Source: an uncultured Bacilli bacterium (GTDB taxonomy: Bacteria > Bacillota_I > Bacilli_A > RF39 > UBA660). Taken from it: a stretch of 64,000 bases of DNA. The stretch covers positions 24,132-88,131 of the forward strand of contig CAKOMQ010000002.1 in assembly GCA_934096715.1 (NCBI GenBank), given 5' to 3'. Under the pieces are notes generated by a model. The model worked only from the letters and a program-made list of their open reading frames with translations. It had not been told where the DNA came from and searched no databases. Each line of letters starts with the position of its first letter. Position 1 is the first letter of the stretch. Below, one piece after another: positions 39,057-48,000 of the stretch. The translations under genes and the position numbers were made by a program.

Positions 39057-40197
39057 TTATACTACCCTCTTCCACCGTTACAACTTTACCAATACTTTCT
39101 TTTGTAACAACAAAAACTTCTAATACCATTGTACTATCTTTTATAGTATTTTTCAAAACTTTTTTTTCAACTATAGATTCATCTTCTTTTAACTTTAATT
39201 TCATCTTCTCATTAACTAGTTTTAAACCTTCTTCTAAAGCTTCTTTTTCATTTAAAATCTTCTTCTTTAACTCTACTTCACTTTCTTTTACTAAATCAAT
39301 TTTAAAATCATTAAGTTCATAAATATTACTACTTTTTTCTTTATATTTCTTAAATCTACTTCTAAATATTTTATATTTATTATCATTAATAGTTACTCTT
39401 ATATTATATTTAGATTTTCCACTTTTTATATATTCTTTTCTTTCAAATGGTACACTTACATTTACTTTATACCAAACTTCTGCATAAACAGTTCCACTTG
39501 AGCACACCAAGTCTTTTACTTCTTCATTATTCTTAACAATACTACTAACTAATATATCTCCCCTGTATACATACTGATTTATTCTTGTAACTACTTCTCC
39601 TTTTTTAATATTAAAACTCACTATTTTTCCATCACTCTTAGCTACTATATTACATATATTCTTTTCACTTTTGCTTTCTTTCTTTACTTTTTTAGTAACT
39701 AATACAACCATATCAAAACCATCATACTTTATTTCTAACCATTCTAAAGTATTTTTGTTATTATTAAGTATCTTTTCAACAATCTTTTCTATTTCTTTAT
39801 GATTTTTCTTAAATCCAACTTTCCTAATACCAGTTTCATTTAAACTATTTAATATAGTATTCTTAATTTTTAAATCATTAGTCTTAACTACAATATTAAA
39901 ACTCATATTATTAACCACTATTAAAAGAATTATTGAAATAAACAAAGTAATAAAAAAAGATTTATTAGATTTAAATATATCTAAATACTTATAAATACCA
40001 GTATCTTTATATATAGATACTTTATAAGATATTAAATATTTCTTAAGTCTATTATAATTATTATAATCTATCTTTAAATATACATATTCTTTATCTTTCT
40101 TTAATTCTTCATAATAAATATCTGTATTATATAACTTATTTATTAATCTTAATTCATCTTGTGTATTTACCCTTACCCAAATATAATGTTTATTCAT
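39025..40197 (-). CDS. yqfD: Sporulation protein YqfD-like
   Basis: Size, N-terminal region, and position downstream of a yqfC-like gene. Confidence 0.6.
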   Translation of the reverse strand: MNKHYIWVRVNTQDELRLINKLYNTDIYYEELKKDKEYVYLKIDYNNYNRLKKYLISYKVSIYKDTGIYKYLDIFKSNKSFFITLFISIILLIVVNNMSFNIVVKTNDLKIKNTILNSLNETGIRKVGFKKNHKEIEKIVEKILNNNKNTLEWLEIKYDGFDMVVLVTKKVKKESKSEKNICNIVAKSDGKIVSFNIKKGEVVTRINQYVYRGDILVSSIVKNNEEVKDLVCSSGTVYAEVWYKVNVSVPFERKEYIKSGKSKYNIRVTINDNKYKIFRSRFKKYKEKSSNIYELNDFKIDLVKESEVELKKKILNEKEALEEGLKLVNEKMKLKLKEDESIVEKKVLKNTIKDSTMVLEVFVVTKESIGKVVTVEEGSINDKSDTGESS

Positions 40198-40447
40198 TAT
40201 TAATCTCCATACTTGTAATCATTCCTTTTATAACAAGTTCACTTTTATTCATCTTTTCTATATATAAATTAAGTCCTTTTATACTTAAATTAAATTCTAA
40301 AAATTCTAAATTAATAACTAACTTAGATATTTTATTTATCTTAACAAAATTAAATACATATAATGAGTTATTATAAAAAGTAATAAAATAATTCTTATCA
40401 TATAAAAAGTTTTTTAAGTATTCAGATAAATGCATATTTTTCACCAA
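40190..40447 (-). CDS. yqfC: YqfC-like small sporulation protein
   Basis: 85-aa ORF immediately upstream of the yqfD-like gene. Confidence 0.45.
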   Translation of the reverse strand: MVKNMHLSEYLKNFLYDKNYFITFYNNSLYVFNFVKINKISKLVINLEFLEFNLSIKGLNLYIEKMNKSELVIKGMITSMEINNE

Positions 40448-40481
40448 TAAATATTATGAAAACAGAAAGAAAAAAAGACTT

Positions 40482-40922
40482 TTAACTAAGTCTTTCACGT
40501 ATTAACTTACTTACAAGTGACATATCTGCATTCTTACCATTTAGTAATTTTTGTACTTCTTTCATAACCATACCCATATCTTTCATACTAGTAGGATTAA
40601 CACTTGTAAATGCTTGATCAAGTATCTTATTTATTTCTTCTTCACTAATTTCTTCAGGTAAATACTCATCTAAAATAGCAATTTCCTTTTCTAAATCTTC
40701 TACTTTATCAAGTTTATCATATTTTTTAAACTCACTTATTGAGTCATTTCTTTGTTTAACTTGCTTTTTAATTACTGATAATATTTCATCATCTGTTAAG
40801 TCATGTTTTTTATTTATACTTTCAAGTTGTAAAGCACTCTTTAACATACGTAACACGGATAATTTAAATTTATCAGCATCTTTCATAGCGTTCTTCAAAT
40901 CTTCATTAATCTTATTTATCAT
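40482..40922 (-). CDS. yqeY: GatB/YqeY domain protein
   Basis: Characteristic helical YqeY sequence (KDAMKAKDK..LSVLRML.SAL.). Confidence 0.75.
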   Translation of the reverse strand: MINKINEDLKNAMKDADKFKLSVLRMLKSALQLESINKKHDLTDDEILSVIKKQVKQRNDSISEFKKYDKLDKVEDLEKEIAILDEYLPEEISEEEINKILDQAFTSVNPTSMKDMGMVMKEVQKLLNGKNADMSLVSKLIRERLS

Positions 40923-40933
40923 AAATAATCTCC

Positions 40934-41119
40934 TTAATAACGATTCTTTTTACGAGCATTCTTAATGCCTTCTTCTTTCTTCATTCTTTTTTCAACTCCA
41001 GGTTTAATATGGAATTTTCTTTTCTTAAGTTCAGAAGGGACACCGCTACGAGCAACTTTAACTTTGAAATTTCTCAAAGCTTTATCAATATTACCGTCTT
41101 GTACAACTACCTTTGTCAT
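40934..41119 (-). CDS. rpsU: 30S ribosomal protein S21
   Basis: MTKVVVQDGNIDKALRNFKVKVARSGV...RKFHIKP. Own promoter TTGTCA-17-TATAAT and RBS GGGAGGA. Confidence 0.9.
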   Translation of the reverse strand: MTKVVVQDGNIDKALRNFKVKVARSGVPSELKKRKFHIKPGVEKRMKKEEGIKNARKKNRY

Positions 41120-41282
41120 TTTACTATCCTCCCTTCACTAATAAACTGTAAATATTATAACACCTTGTAAATCAAATGACAACAAAATAGTGTGAAAAAT
41201 TGTTGAAAAATCACGATATTTTCTAGCTTTTACTGTAAAGTAGAAAAAGAGAAGAAATAATTTCCTTCTCAAATTCTTCAAA

Positions 41283-41438
41283 TTAACAATAATTTTTAGA
41301 AAAAGCTCTTCTTAAGGCAGATCCAACTTGATAACCCATATCGTAAAAGAACTTTCCCACTCTTGCTAGTGCATTAACAAAAGTACCATTAATCGCACCA
41401 CCTACAATATTGTAACTTTCTTCATTACTAAGATACAC
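41283..41438 (-). CDS. Bacteriocin precursor peptide A with double-glycine leader: (V/fM)YLSNEESYNIVGG | AINGTFVNALARVGKFFYDMGYQVGSALRRAFSKNYC
   Basis: GTG start with RBS AAAGGAG 7 nt upstream. Leader ends in GG. 37-aa cationic mature peptide with GxxxG (GYQVG). Confidence 0.7.
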   Translation of the reverse strand: MYLSNEESYNIVGGAINGTFVNALARVGKFFYDMGYQVGSALRRAFSKNYC

Positions 41439-41452
41439 AAAATCACTCCTTT

Positions 41453-41596
41453 CTATCTTAACTTGCATGCTTTAGTATTAAAAAAACCACTGAATATTCC
41501 AAATATAAACACTACTACGCCATAGATGAACAAACCTACACTTGCCTTAAAAGCACCACCTACAACTAGCATGCTTTCTTCGTTTGTTAAATACAT
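41453..41596 (-). CDS. Bacteriocin precursor peptide B with double-glycine leader: MYLTNEESMLVVGG | AFKASVGLFIYGVVVFIFGIFSGFFNTKACKLK
   Basis: Small ORF not listed in the ORF track, translated manually. ATG 41596 with RBS AAAGGAGGGAAC. Leader nearly identical to peptide A. Hydrophobic mature peptide with GxxxG motifs. Confidence 0.7.
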   Translation of the reverse strand: MYLTNEESMLVVGGAFKASVGLFIYGVVVFIFGIFSGFFNTKACKLR

Positions 41597-41756
41597 TTAG
41601 TTCCCTCCTTTTATACTTCTTGTTTCTTTAATAAGTCAGAGAATTACTAACAGATTATCAAAATAATTACATTTATAATTAATAAAATTATTATTAGAAT
41701 AGTAAAAATTATATTTGGTTTAAGATTAATTAAGTAATCATAATTCAACTTATATT

Positions 41757-43808
41757 TCATATACTTATCACCTTATTAAATAGATCTTCTTGACTCTTAT
41801 GAGATATATAAATAATAGTCCTATCATGAAAACTATCTAATATATTTTTTATAATCTTTCTTTCTAAGTCATTATCAACTTCGCTTAAAGCTTCATCAAT
41901 AATTAATATATTAGATTTTTTTAATAATCCCCTAGCCAAAATAATCCTTTGCTTTTCTCCACCACTTAAGTTTTTCGTATTATTATCTACTAAAGAATGA
42001 AATCTCATACCTTTCTTACTAACAATACTCTCAAGTTCACATATTTTAGAAATTCTCAAAAATTCATCTTCACTTACATCTCTATCCATAATAATATTAT
42101 CTTTTATTGTACCCCTAATCAATTTTTCAGATTGATTAATATATAGAATACTATTTCTTATATCACTTAATTCATAATCTAGTAAATTATAATCTCCTAC
42201 TAATATTGTTCCTTTACTAGGAGTAATATTCCTATAAAGTAAATTACATATTGTACTCTTTCCAGTACCACTCTTACCTTTTAGAAATACTTTATCTTGC
42301 TTATTTATCTTAAAAGATAAATCTTTAAGTACATAGTTATAATCATCAAATGTATAAGAAACATCACTCAATGTAATATCTCCATCAATTAATTTATAAA
42401 TTCTTTTAATATCTTCTTCTTTAATAGTTAAGAATTCACTTATCTTAGATATAATAACTTTTATATAATTATACTCTGGTAATATATCTATAATATTTTT
42501 AATTGGACTAATAGTATAACTTACTAAGAAATTATATGTTATTAAATCAACCAAAGTAAACTCATTATAATAAATTAATATGAAACCTAAAGAATTAATT
42601 ATAAAGAAACCTACATCCAATATTAATTCTTTAAAGAAATTAACACCATTAAAGAAAGAATTAATCTTAAAAGTATCATATAAATAATTAGAAATACTAG
42701 CTTCCATTTTAGTTAAAACATTGTCACTAATATTTAAATTCTTAACACTATCAAATGAATCTATATTCTCAGTAACTACGGAATTAACCCAAGTGTTTAA
42801 ACTAATATTATTATTTATTTTATAGTAAATCTTCTTATTAAAGAGAATACCTAATAATATATATAATAATAAACATCCAATTAATATAAATGATAACTTA
42901 TAATTAATAACTATTAGTATTATTAAAGAAACTACTCCTAAAAATAAATCTAAGAAAAGATTTAAAGACACATTAGAAATAATATTCTTAATAGATTCTA
43001 AGTCATTAACTCTTGTCATAATCTCTGCTGTTGATCTACTTTTAATTATTTTTGAAGGAAGATAAAATATATGTCTTAAGAAGGTATTATAAAGATAACT
43101 ATCTATTCTTAAATCTAAATAATTCTTATAGTATTTCTTAGTATAATCTACTAATATCTTCATAATAGTAAATATTAAAAATACAATAATTATTTTAGTT
43201 AAACTAGTTATATTATCTAAATAATTAAGAGATATTTTAAAATAATAACTTAATAGAATTGTAAGAAGAGAAAATAGAATACTTAGTATTATTAACTTTA
43301 TAACAATATATTTCTCCTTTCCAATAATACTAGTAAATAAACTTCCCATCGATATTTTTTCTTCTTTAATTATATTTTTGTCTCGTGGGTGGACTTCAAT
43401 TAAAACATTCATAAATATCTTCGAAAATTCATCCTTATCCATTACTTTCTTACCTACTCCAGGATCCATTAAAACAACTTTCTTATCGTTAATAGAATAT
43501 ATAACAACAAAATGTAATATATTATTATTAAGTTTAACATGAGCAATTACAGGATAATTAATATTTTTAACATCTTCAAAATTTTCATATTTTTTTGAGC
43601 TAGCATCAAAACCATATTTTTGAAAACAATTAACAATATTAAACGCTGTTACTCCTTCTAGAGTAGTATTAGTATCTTCTCTTAACTTTTCAATACTAAC
43701 ATAACCACCATAGTATTTAATAATTGACTGCATACAAGCTACTCCGCAATCTTTTAAATCTTGTTGGAGCACAATAACTTTCTTTTGCATATTTTTTTCT
43801 CCCTTCAC
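41757..43808 (-). CDS. Bacteriocin-processing ABC transporter with N-terminal C39 peptidase domain (SunT/LagD/ComA type), then TMD and NBD
   Basis: C39 catalytic Cys (QQDLKDCGVACMQSI) and His (HFVVIYS). Walker A GKSGTGKST. ABC signature LSGGEKQRIILAR. Confidence 0.85.
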   Translation of the reverse strand: MKGEKNMQKKVIVLQQDLKDCGVACMQSIIKYYGGYVSIEKLREDTNTTLEGVTAFNIVNCFQKYGFDASSKKYENFEDVKNINYPVIAHVKLNNNILHFVVIYSINDKKVVLMDPGVGKKVMDKDEFSKIFMNVLIEVHPRDKNIIKEEKISMGSLFTSIIGKEKYIVIKLIILSILFSLLTILLSYYFKISLNYLDNITSLTKIIIVFLIFTIMKILVDYTKKYYKNYLDLRIDSYLYNTFLRHIFYLPSKIIKSRSTAEIMTRVNDLESIKNIISNVSLNLFLDLFLGVVSLIILIVINYKLSFILIGCLLLYILLGILFNKKIYYKINNNISLNTWVNSVVTENIDSFDSVKNLNISDNVLTKMEASISNYLYDTFKINSFFNGVNFFKELILDVGFFIINSLGFILIYYNEFTLVDLITYNFLVSYTISPIKNIIDILPEYNYIKVIISKISEFLTIKEEDIKRIYKLIDGDITLSDVSYTFDDYNYVLKDLSFKINKQDKVFLKGKSGTGKSTICNLLYRNITPSKGTILVGDYNLLDYELSDIRNSILYINQSEKLIRGTIKDNIIMDRDVSEDEFLRISKICELESIVSKKGMRFHSLVDNNTKNLSGGEKQRIILARGLLKKSNILIIDEALSEVDNDLERKIIKNILDSFHDRTIIYISHKSQEDLFNKVISI

Positions 43809-43942
43809 TTATCATTTACGCGTTTTTTTGTCGATTTCCTTTTTATTTTAAAAAGTTGTTGAAACTTCGACAAAAGAGTCTGTTTTTCGACAAGAATAAA
43901 ACAAATAAATTAGTCATATATTTAACCATAAGGAGATGGATT

Positions 43943-44437
43943 ATGGTAAATAAACAAAATTTATGGTTTGTCACATTATTTTCTTTAATACTTGTACTAG
44001 GTATTTATTATGTAAGCATTGATGATGACGTTATTAAAAGCTTACAAACTACTGGAACAACTACAAATAGTAAAGAAGTTATAAACATCGAACCAAGTGA
44101 AGAATTAGTTAGTTTAGAAGTTGAAGACGATGAAGAAAAACAAGCTCTTATGGAAGAATATCAAAAAACTCTTCTAGATACGAGTGCCACTAACGAAGAA
44201 AAAAATATTGCTTACGAAAAGATGCAAGACTTAAATACATCTATTGGCATGGAAGAAAAACTTAAGAAAAAAATTAAAGATAATTTTAAATTAAATTCTT
44301 TCGTTAAAATAAAAGAAAAAAACATAAGTATAATTATTTCTTCTAAAGATCATACTAAAGAAAACGCCAATAATATTATTAGAAGCGTTCAAGAAGAATT
44401 TAATGAAAGTATGTATATAACTGTTAAATATCAATAA
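43943..44437 (+). CDS. spoIIIAH: Stage III sporulation protein AH-like (SpoIIIAH)
   Basis: MVNKQNLWFVTLFSLILVLGIYYV N-terminus and C-terminal ..AYEKMQDLN..EEKL...NISIIISSKDHTKENANNIIRSVQEEF closely parallel B. subtilis SpoIIIAH. RBS AAGGAG. Confidence 0.65.
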   Translation: MVNKQNLWFVTLFSLILVLGIYYVSIDDDVIKSLQTTGTTTNSKEVINIEPSEELVSLEVEDDEEKQALMEEYQKTLLDTSATNEEKNIAYEKMQDLNTSIGMEEKLKKKIKDNFKLNSFVKIKEKNISIIISSKDHTKENANNIIRSVQEEFNESMYITVKYQ

Positions 44438-44501
44438 ATGTCCAAATACATACACAATTAATATTTCTTGAATTTTATTAAATTATAATGAAATTACGGA
44501 T

Positions 44502-44957
44502 GTGATTTGGATGGAAAGAATAAAGAATTTAAGAGAAGAAAAAGACCTAGCTCAAAAAGACTTAGCAAATATTCTAGGTATAGATAGATCAACTTACTCA
44601 TCATATGAAATAGGAAGAGACACTATACCTTTGAAACACTTAAATACTTTATGCAATTATTTTGATATTTCAATTGATTATGCAATGGGTCTTACAAAAA
44701 CTACAAAGTATAAAAATAGTTCTGATGAAATTAATATGAAAAAAGTAAGTGAAAGATTAAAAAATATTCGTAAAGAAAATAATCTTACTCAAGCACATAT
44801 AAGTGAAATACTGAATACTTCTAGAAGTACATGGACTGGTTATGAAGGAAAGAAATTCTTAATATCTACTCTACTTTTATATGAAGTATCTAGAAGATAT
44901 AACTATTCTATGGATTATATTCTAGGTAAAATAGATAAACCTTCTAAACTAAAGTAA
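44502..44957 (+). CDS. Transcriptional regulator with two tandem XRE-type HTH domains
   Basis: Two HTH units (LAQKDLANILGIDRSTYSSYE and LTQAHISEILNTSRSTWTGYE). Probable start ATG 44511. Confidence 0.7.
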   Translation: MIWMERIKNLREEKDLAQKDLANILGIDRSTYSSYEIGRDTIPLKHLNTLCNYFDISIDYAMGLTKTTKYKNSSDEINMKKVSERLKNIRKENNLTQAHISEILNTSRSTWTGYEGKKFLISTLLLYEVSRRYNYSMDYILGKIDKPSKLK

Positions 44958-45013
44958 ACACAAAAACTCTCTAATATTCATAAAATACTATGAGTATTAG
45001 GGGGAATATAATT

Positions 45014-45217
45014 GTGAAAAGTATATTAACGTCACGAGAACTTGAAGTATTTAAATTACTAGTTTTAAATAAATCAACTAAAGAAATAGCCGATTCTCTA
45101 AATATTAGTGAAAAAACAGTAAGAAATCATATATCAAATACAATGCAAAAATTAGGAGTAAAAGGTCGTGCTCAAGCTGTAGTTGAATTATTAAAATTAG
45201 GAGAAATTACTTTATAA
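45014..45217 (+). CDS. gerE: LuxR-family sporulation transcription factor GerE
   Basis: LTSRELEVFKLLVLNKSTKEIADSLNISEKTVRNHISNTMQKLGVKGRAQAVVELLKLGE nearly colinear with B. subtilis GerE. GTG start with RBS AGGGGGA. Confidence 0.8.
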   Translation: MKSILTSRELEVFKLLVLNKSTKEIADSLNISEKTVRNHISNTMQKLGVKGRAQAVVELLKLGEITL

Positions 45218-45224
45218 AAATTTT

Positions 45225-45252
45225 TAGTCCTATCTAGGACTATTTTTATTTT
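45225..45252 (+). terminator. Rho-independent terminator after gerE
   Basis: TAGTCCTA-TC-TAGGACTA hairpin plus T-run. Confidence 0.7.
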
Positions 45253-45272
45253 AATTAAATATACTTTATTAG

Positions 45273-46211
45273 GTGATTTCAATGCTTAAAAAAATAGCAT
45301 ATAAAAAGTTTGTTATTGCAACTATTTCTCTTCTAATTATTTCCGTTGTTTATTTCTATAACAACGATAGTTATGAATACACTACTACCTTAAGCTATAT
45401 AAATGAAGATACTCAACCTATCTATTTACTTGATAATAACAAATATGTAGCAAGATATAAAATAGTTAAAAAAACAGATAATCAAGAAGAATTAATCAAA
45501 TATATAATAAATAATCTAACTATTAATAAAAAGAATTCTTATTTTTTACCAACCGGTTTTAATAGTATAATTCCTGAAAATACTAAACTTCTTTCCTATT
45601 CAATTGAAGATGGTCTATTAAAATTAAACTTTTCTAAAGAATTCTTAAATATTGATAGTACCATGGAAGAAAAGTTAATTGAGTCTATAGTTTATTCTAT
45701 GTTAGAAATTAAAGGTATAAATAAAATAATGATTTTCGTTGACAGTGTAAAACTAGATAAACTTCCTAATAGTGGTAAAAGACTACCTAATATACTTGAT
45801 AAAAATATTGGTATAAATAAGTCATTTAGTATTAACAGTATCAAAGATACTAATAAAACCACAGTTTACTACATAAGTAAAATAAATGATAATTACTACT
45901 ATGTTCCTGTTACAAGTATAGGAAATAATGAAAAAGAAAAAGTAGAAGTAATAATTGAAAAACTAAAGGTAAGTCCTTCTTATAATACAAATCTTATGAG
46001 TTTTCTAAAAAGTAACGCTGAACTTCTTAACTATGAAATACTAGAAAATTCTGTATCTTTATCATTTAATAATCATATATTTAGTTTAAATGAAAATAAA
46101 ATAGACGAAGAAGTAAAATACTCTATCGCCTTATCTATACGAGACAGTTATAATATAAGTCAAACTATTTTCTATGTTGATGAAGTACTAGTTGATGCTT
46201 TAAATATATAA
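45273..46211 (+). CDS. gerM: GerM-like germination protein (two GerMN-like domains, N-terminal membrane anchor)
   Basis: N-terminal TM, duplicated ~130-aa domain architecture, sporulation gene context. Moderate. Confidence 0.5.
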   Translation: MISMLKKIAYKKFVIATISLLIISVVYFYNNDSYEYTTTLSYINEDTQPIYLLDNNKYVARYKIVKKTDNQEELIKYIINNLTINKKNSYFLPTGFNSIIPENTKLLSYSIEDGLLKLNFSKEFLNIDSTMEEKLIESIVYSMLEIKGINKIMIFVDSVKLDKLPNSGKRLPNILDKNIGINKSFSINSIKDTNKTTVYYISKINDNYYYVPVTSIGNNEKEKVEVIIEKLKVSPSYNTNLMSFLKSNAELLNYEILENSVSLSFNNHIFSLNENKIDEEVKYSIALSIRDSYNISQTIFYVDEVLVDALNI

Positions 46212-46576
46212 AACTTTTGAACAAAATAATTAATAAAGAAGATTATCAAATCTACTACTACTTTTATAAATGTTGGATAAACATTAATTAAGTTGAATAT
46301 AATATGTACTAAAAGTGTTGAAATAAACATTTGAATAATTACTAAGAAATAATAAGAAATAAATGATTTAAGTTTGTTTTCTGTAGAATTAAAGACAAAT
46401 TTTCTATTGATCATAAAATTATATAAAGAAGATACTATTCTAGCTAAAATACTAGCATAAGTATCTTTTTTTATTAACTCAAAAAAAACTGTAAATAAAC
46501 CTAAATCTATAATACATGAACTTCCACTTGAAAATATATATTTTAAAAATGTTTTATATTTATTAATAAACTTCAT
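46172..46576 (-). CDS. GtrA-family membrane protein
   Basis: 4-TM ~130 aa with GtrA-like N-terminus. Confidence 0.6.
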   Translation of the reverse strand: MKFINKYKTFLKYIFSSGSSCIIDLGLFTVFFELIKKDTYASILARIVSSLYNFMINRKFVFNSTENKLKSFISYYFLVIIQMFISTLLVHIIFNLINVYPTFIKVVVDLIIFFINYFVQKFYIFKASTSTSST

Positions 46577-46678
46577 TTTATACTTCCTTTATCCATTTTA
46601 TTTTAACACACTAATTCACAAAAATATATTGAAAATTAATATTTTTTGTTGTATAATCTATTTACAGATGTGAGTTAT

Positions 46679-46755
46679 GTCTCCGTAGCTCAGCTGGATA
46701 GAGCATACGCCTTCTAAGCGTACGGTCGCGCGTTCGAATCGCGCCGGGGACACCA
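46679..46755 (+). tRNA. tRNA-Arg (anticodon TCT)
   Basis: GTCTCCGTAGCTCAGCTGGATAGAGC...CTTCTAA...TTCGAATC...CGGGGACACCA. Promoter TTGAAA-17-TATAAT upstream. Terminator ACGACTAGCAATTAGTCGTTTTTTT downstream (46768-46792). Confidence 0.9.
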
Positions 46756-46859
46756 CTTTTAAAAAATACGACTAGCAATTAGTCGTTTTTTTATGCTCTA
46801 TCCAGCATTATAAAATAAAAACTTACAAACAATTAAGCCTGTAAGTTATCATTTCAACA

Positions 46860-46932
46860 TGGGGCGGTATAAGGGAATCGAACCCTTGCATACTGGAGCC
46901 ACAATCCAGCGTGTTAACCACTTCACCAATAC
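46860..46932 (-). tRNA. tRNA-His (anticodon GTG) with encoded G-1 and CCA
   Basis: Reverse complement: G-1 + GCGGTAT...CTGGA-TTGTGGC-TCCAG...ATACCGC-C-CCA. Confidence 0.85.
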
Positions 46933-46983
46933 CGCCATGAGCAAGTTAATTATAACTAATTTTTACATAAAATGCAAGTCTAA

Positions 46984-47904
46984 CTAGCCCATGTCGTTTA
47001 AATTAACATTTTCTTCATAAATTAAGTCTTTAAATACTTCTTTAAATCTCTCTATTTCTTTAACCTTTACATCATCATAAACACTTTTACAATTGCATAT
47101 AGCCTTATAAAAATCCTTAGTAGTTACAACATGTTTATTATCATAAAGTGCATAAGTAAGTGCATTTGCTACAATTGTTAAACATATATCAGGATATCTA
47201 GAAGCTACTTCATAAACTCTTTTATATTCATCAGTCATATCTACTATAAATTGCATAAACTTTTCAATTTGATATGGATGATAATTACACTTAACTCCAA
47301 TTTGTTGTTCAAGTTTAGGAAGTGTACCCATAAGAATTTTAACAGTAGTTGGTTTATCTGCTTCCGCAACATCTATTTTTTGAAATCTACGTAAAAAAGC
47401 ACGATCTCTTAATATATATGTTTCATATTCTTCAGTAGTAGTTGCTCCAATCATTTTAATAAGTCCCCTATCCAAACTTGGTTTTAATAAGTTAGCTAAG
47501 TCAGCACCACCATTTTTATTAACAAGTAAATGTGTTTCATCTATAAATAGAATTGTTTTAGTTAAATTACTAATTTCACTTACCAAAACATCTAGTTTAC
47601 TTCTTACCTCTCCTTCACTAGTTTCTACTCCTAATAAAGAAGCAACATTTATTTTAATAATCTTCCATCCTTTAAGAGCATCTGGTACATTATTATTTTG
47701 AATTCTATAAGCAAGTCCTTCAACTATGGCAGTTTTACCTATACCAGGTTTACCAACTAATAAAGCACTCTTTTCTGGAGTTAAAAGAGTTAATATACAT
47801 TCTTTAATTTCTCTATCTCTACATATTGCAGGATCTGTAATATATTTTTTTTGAGTCATATCAACTCCATAAACATCAATCATAGATAAGAATTCATTGT
47901 CCAT
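46984..47904 (-). CDS. Stand-alone ClpA/B/C D1-like AAA+ ATPase domain protein (306 aa)
   Basis: Walker [29 protein letters not shown]. Walker B ILFIDETH. Arginine finger region [12 protein letters not shown]. Confidence 0.7.
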   Translation of the reverse strand: MDNEFLSMIDVYGVDMTQKKYITDPAICRDREIKECILTLLTPEKSALLVGKPGIGKTAIVEGLAYRIQNNNVPDALKGWKIIKINVASLLGVETSEGEVRSKLDVLVSEISNLTKTILFIDETHLLVNKNGGADLANLLKPSLDRGLIKMIGATTTEEYETYILRDRAFLRRFQKIDVAEADKPTTVKILMGTLPKLEQQIGVKCNYHPYQIEKFMQFIVDMTDEYKRVYEVASRYPDICLTIVANALTYALYDNKHVVTTKDFYKAICNCKSVYDDVKVKEIERFKEVFKDLIYEENVNLNDMG

Positions 47905-48000
47905 TTAAATCACCATAGTTTCTATCAAGAATTATACTATACTTGACAAATTTTCTCAATAGATATATAATAATTGAACCTTAAGGGGGGTAAAATAAAA

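Noticed and set aside
41120-41283. Possible bacteriocin immunity gene between peptide A and rpsU
   Set aside because: No ORF of 30 codons or more with an RBS on the minus strand. The region is occupied by a weak terminator-like hairpin and the rpsU promoter (TTGTCA-17-TATAAT). Immunity function, if any, must be encoded elsewhere.
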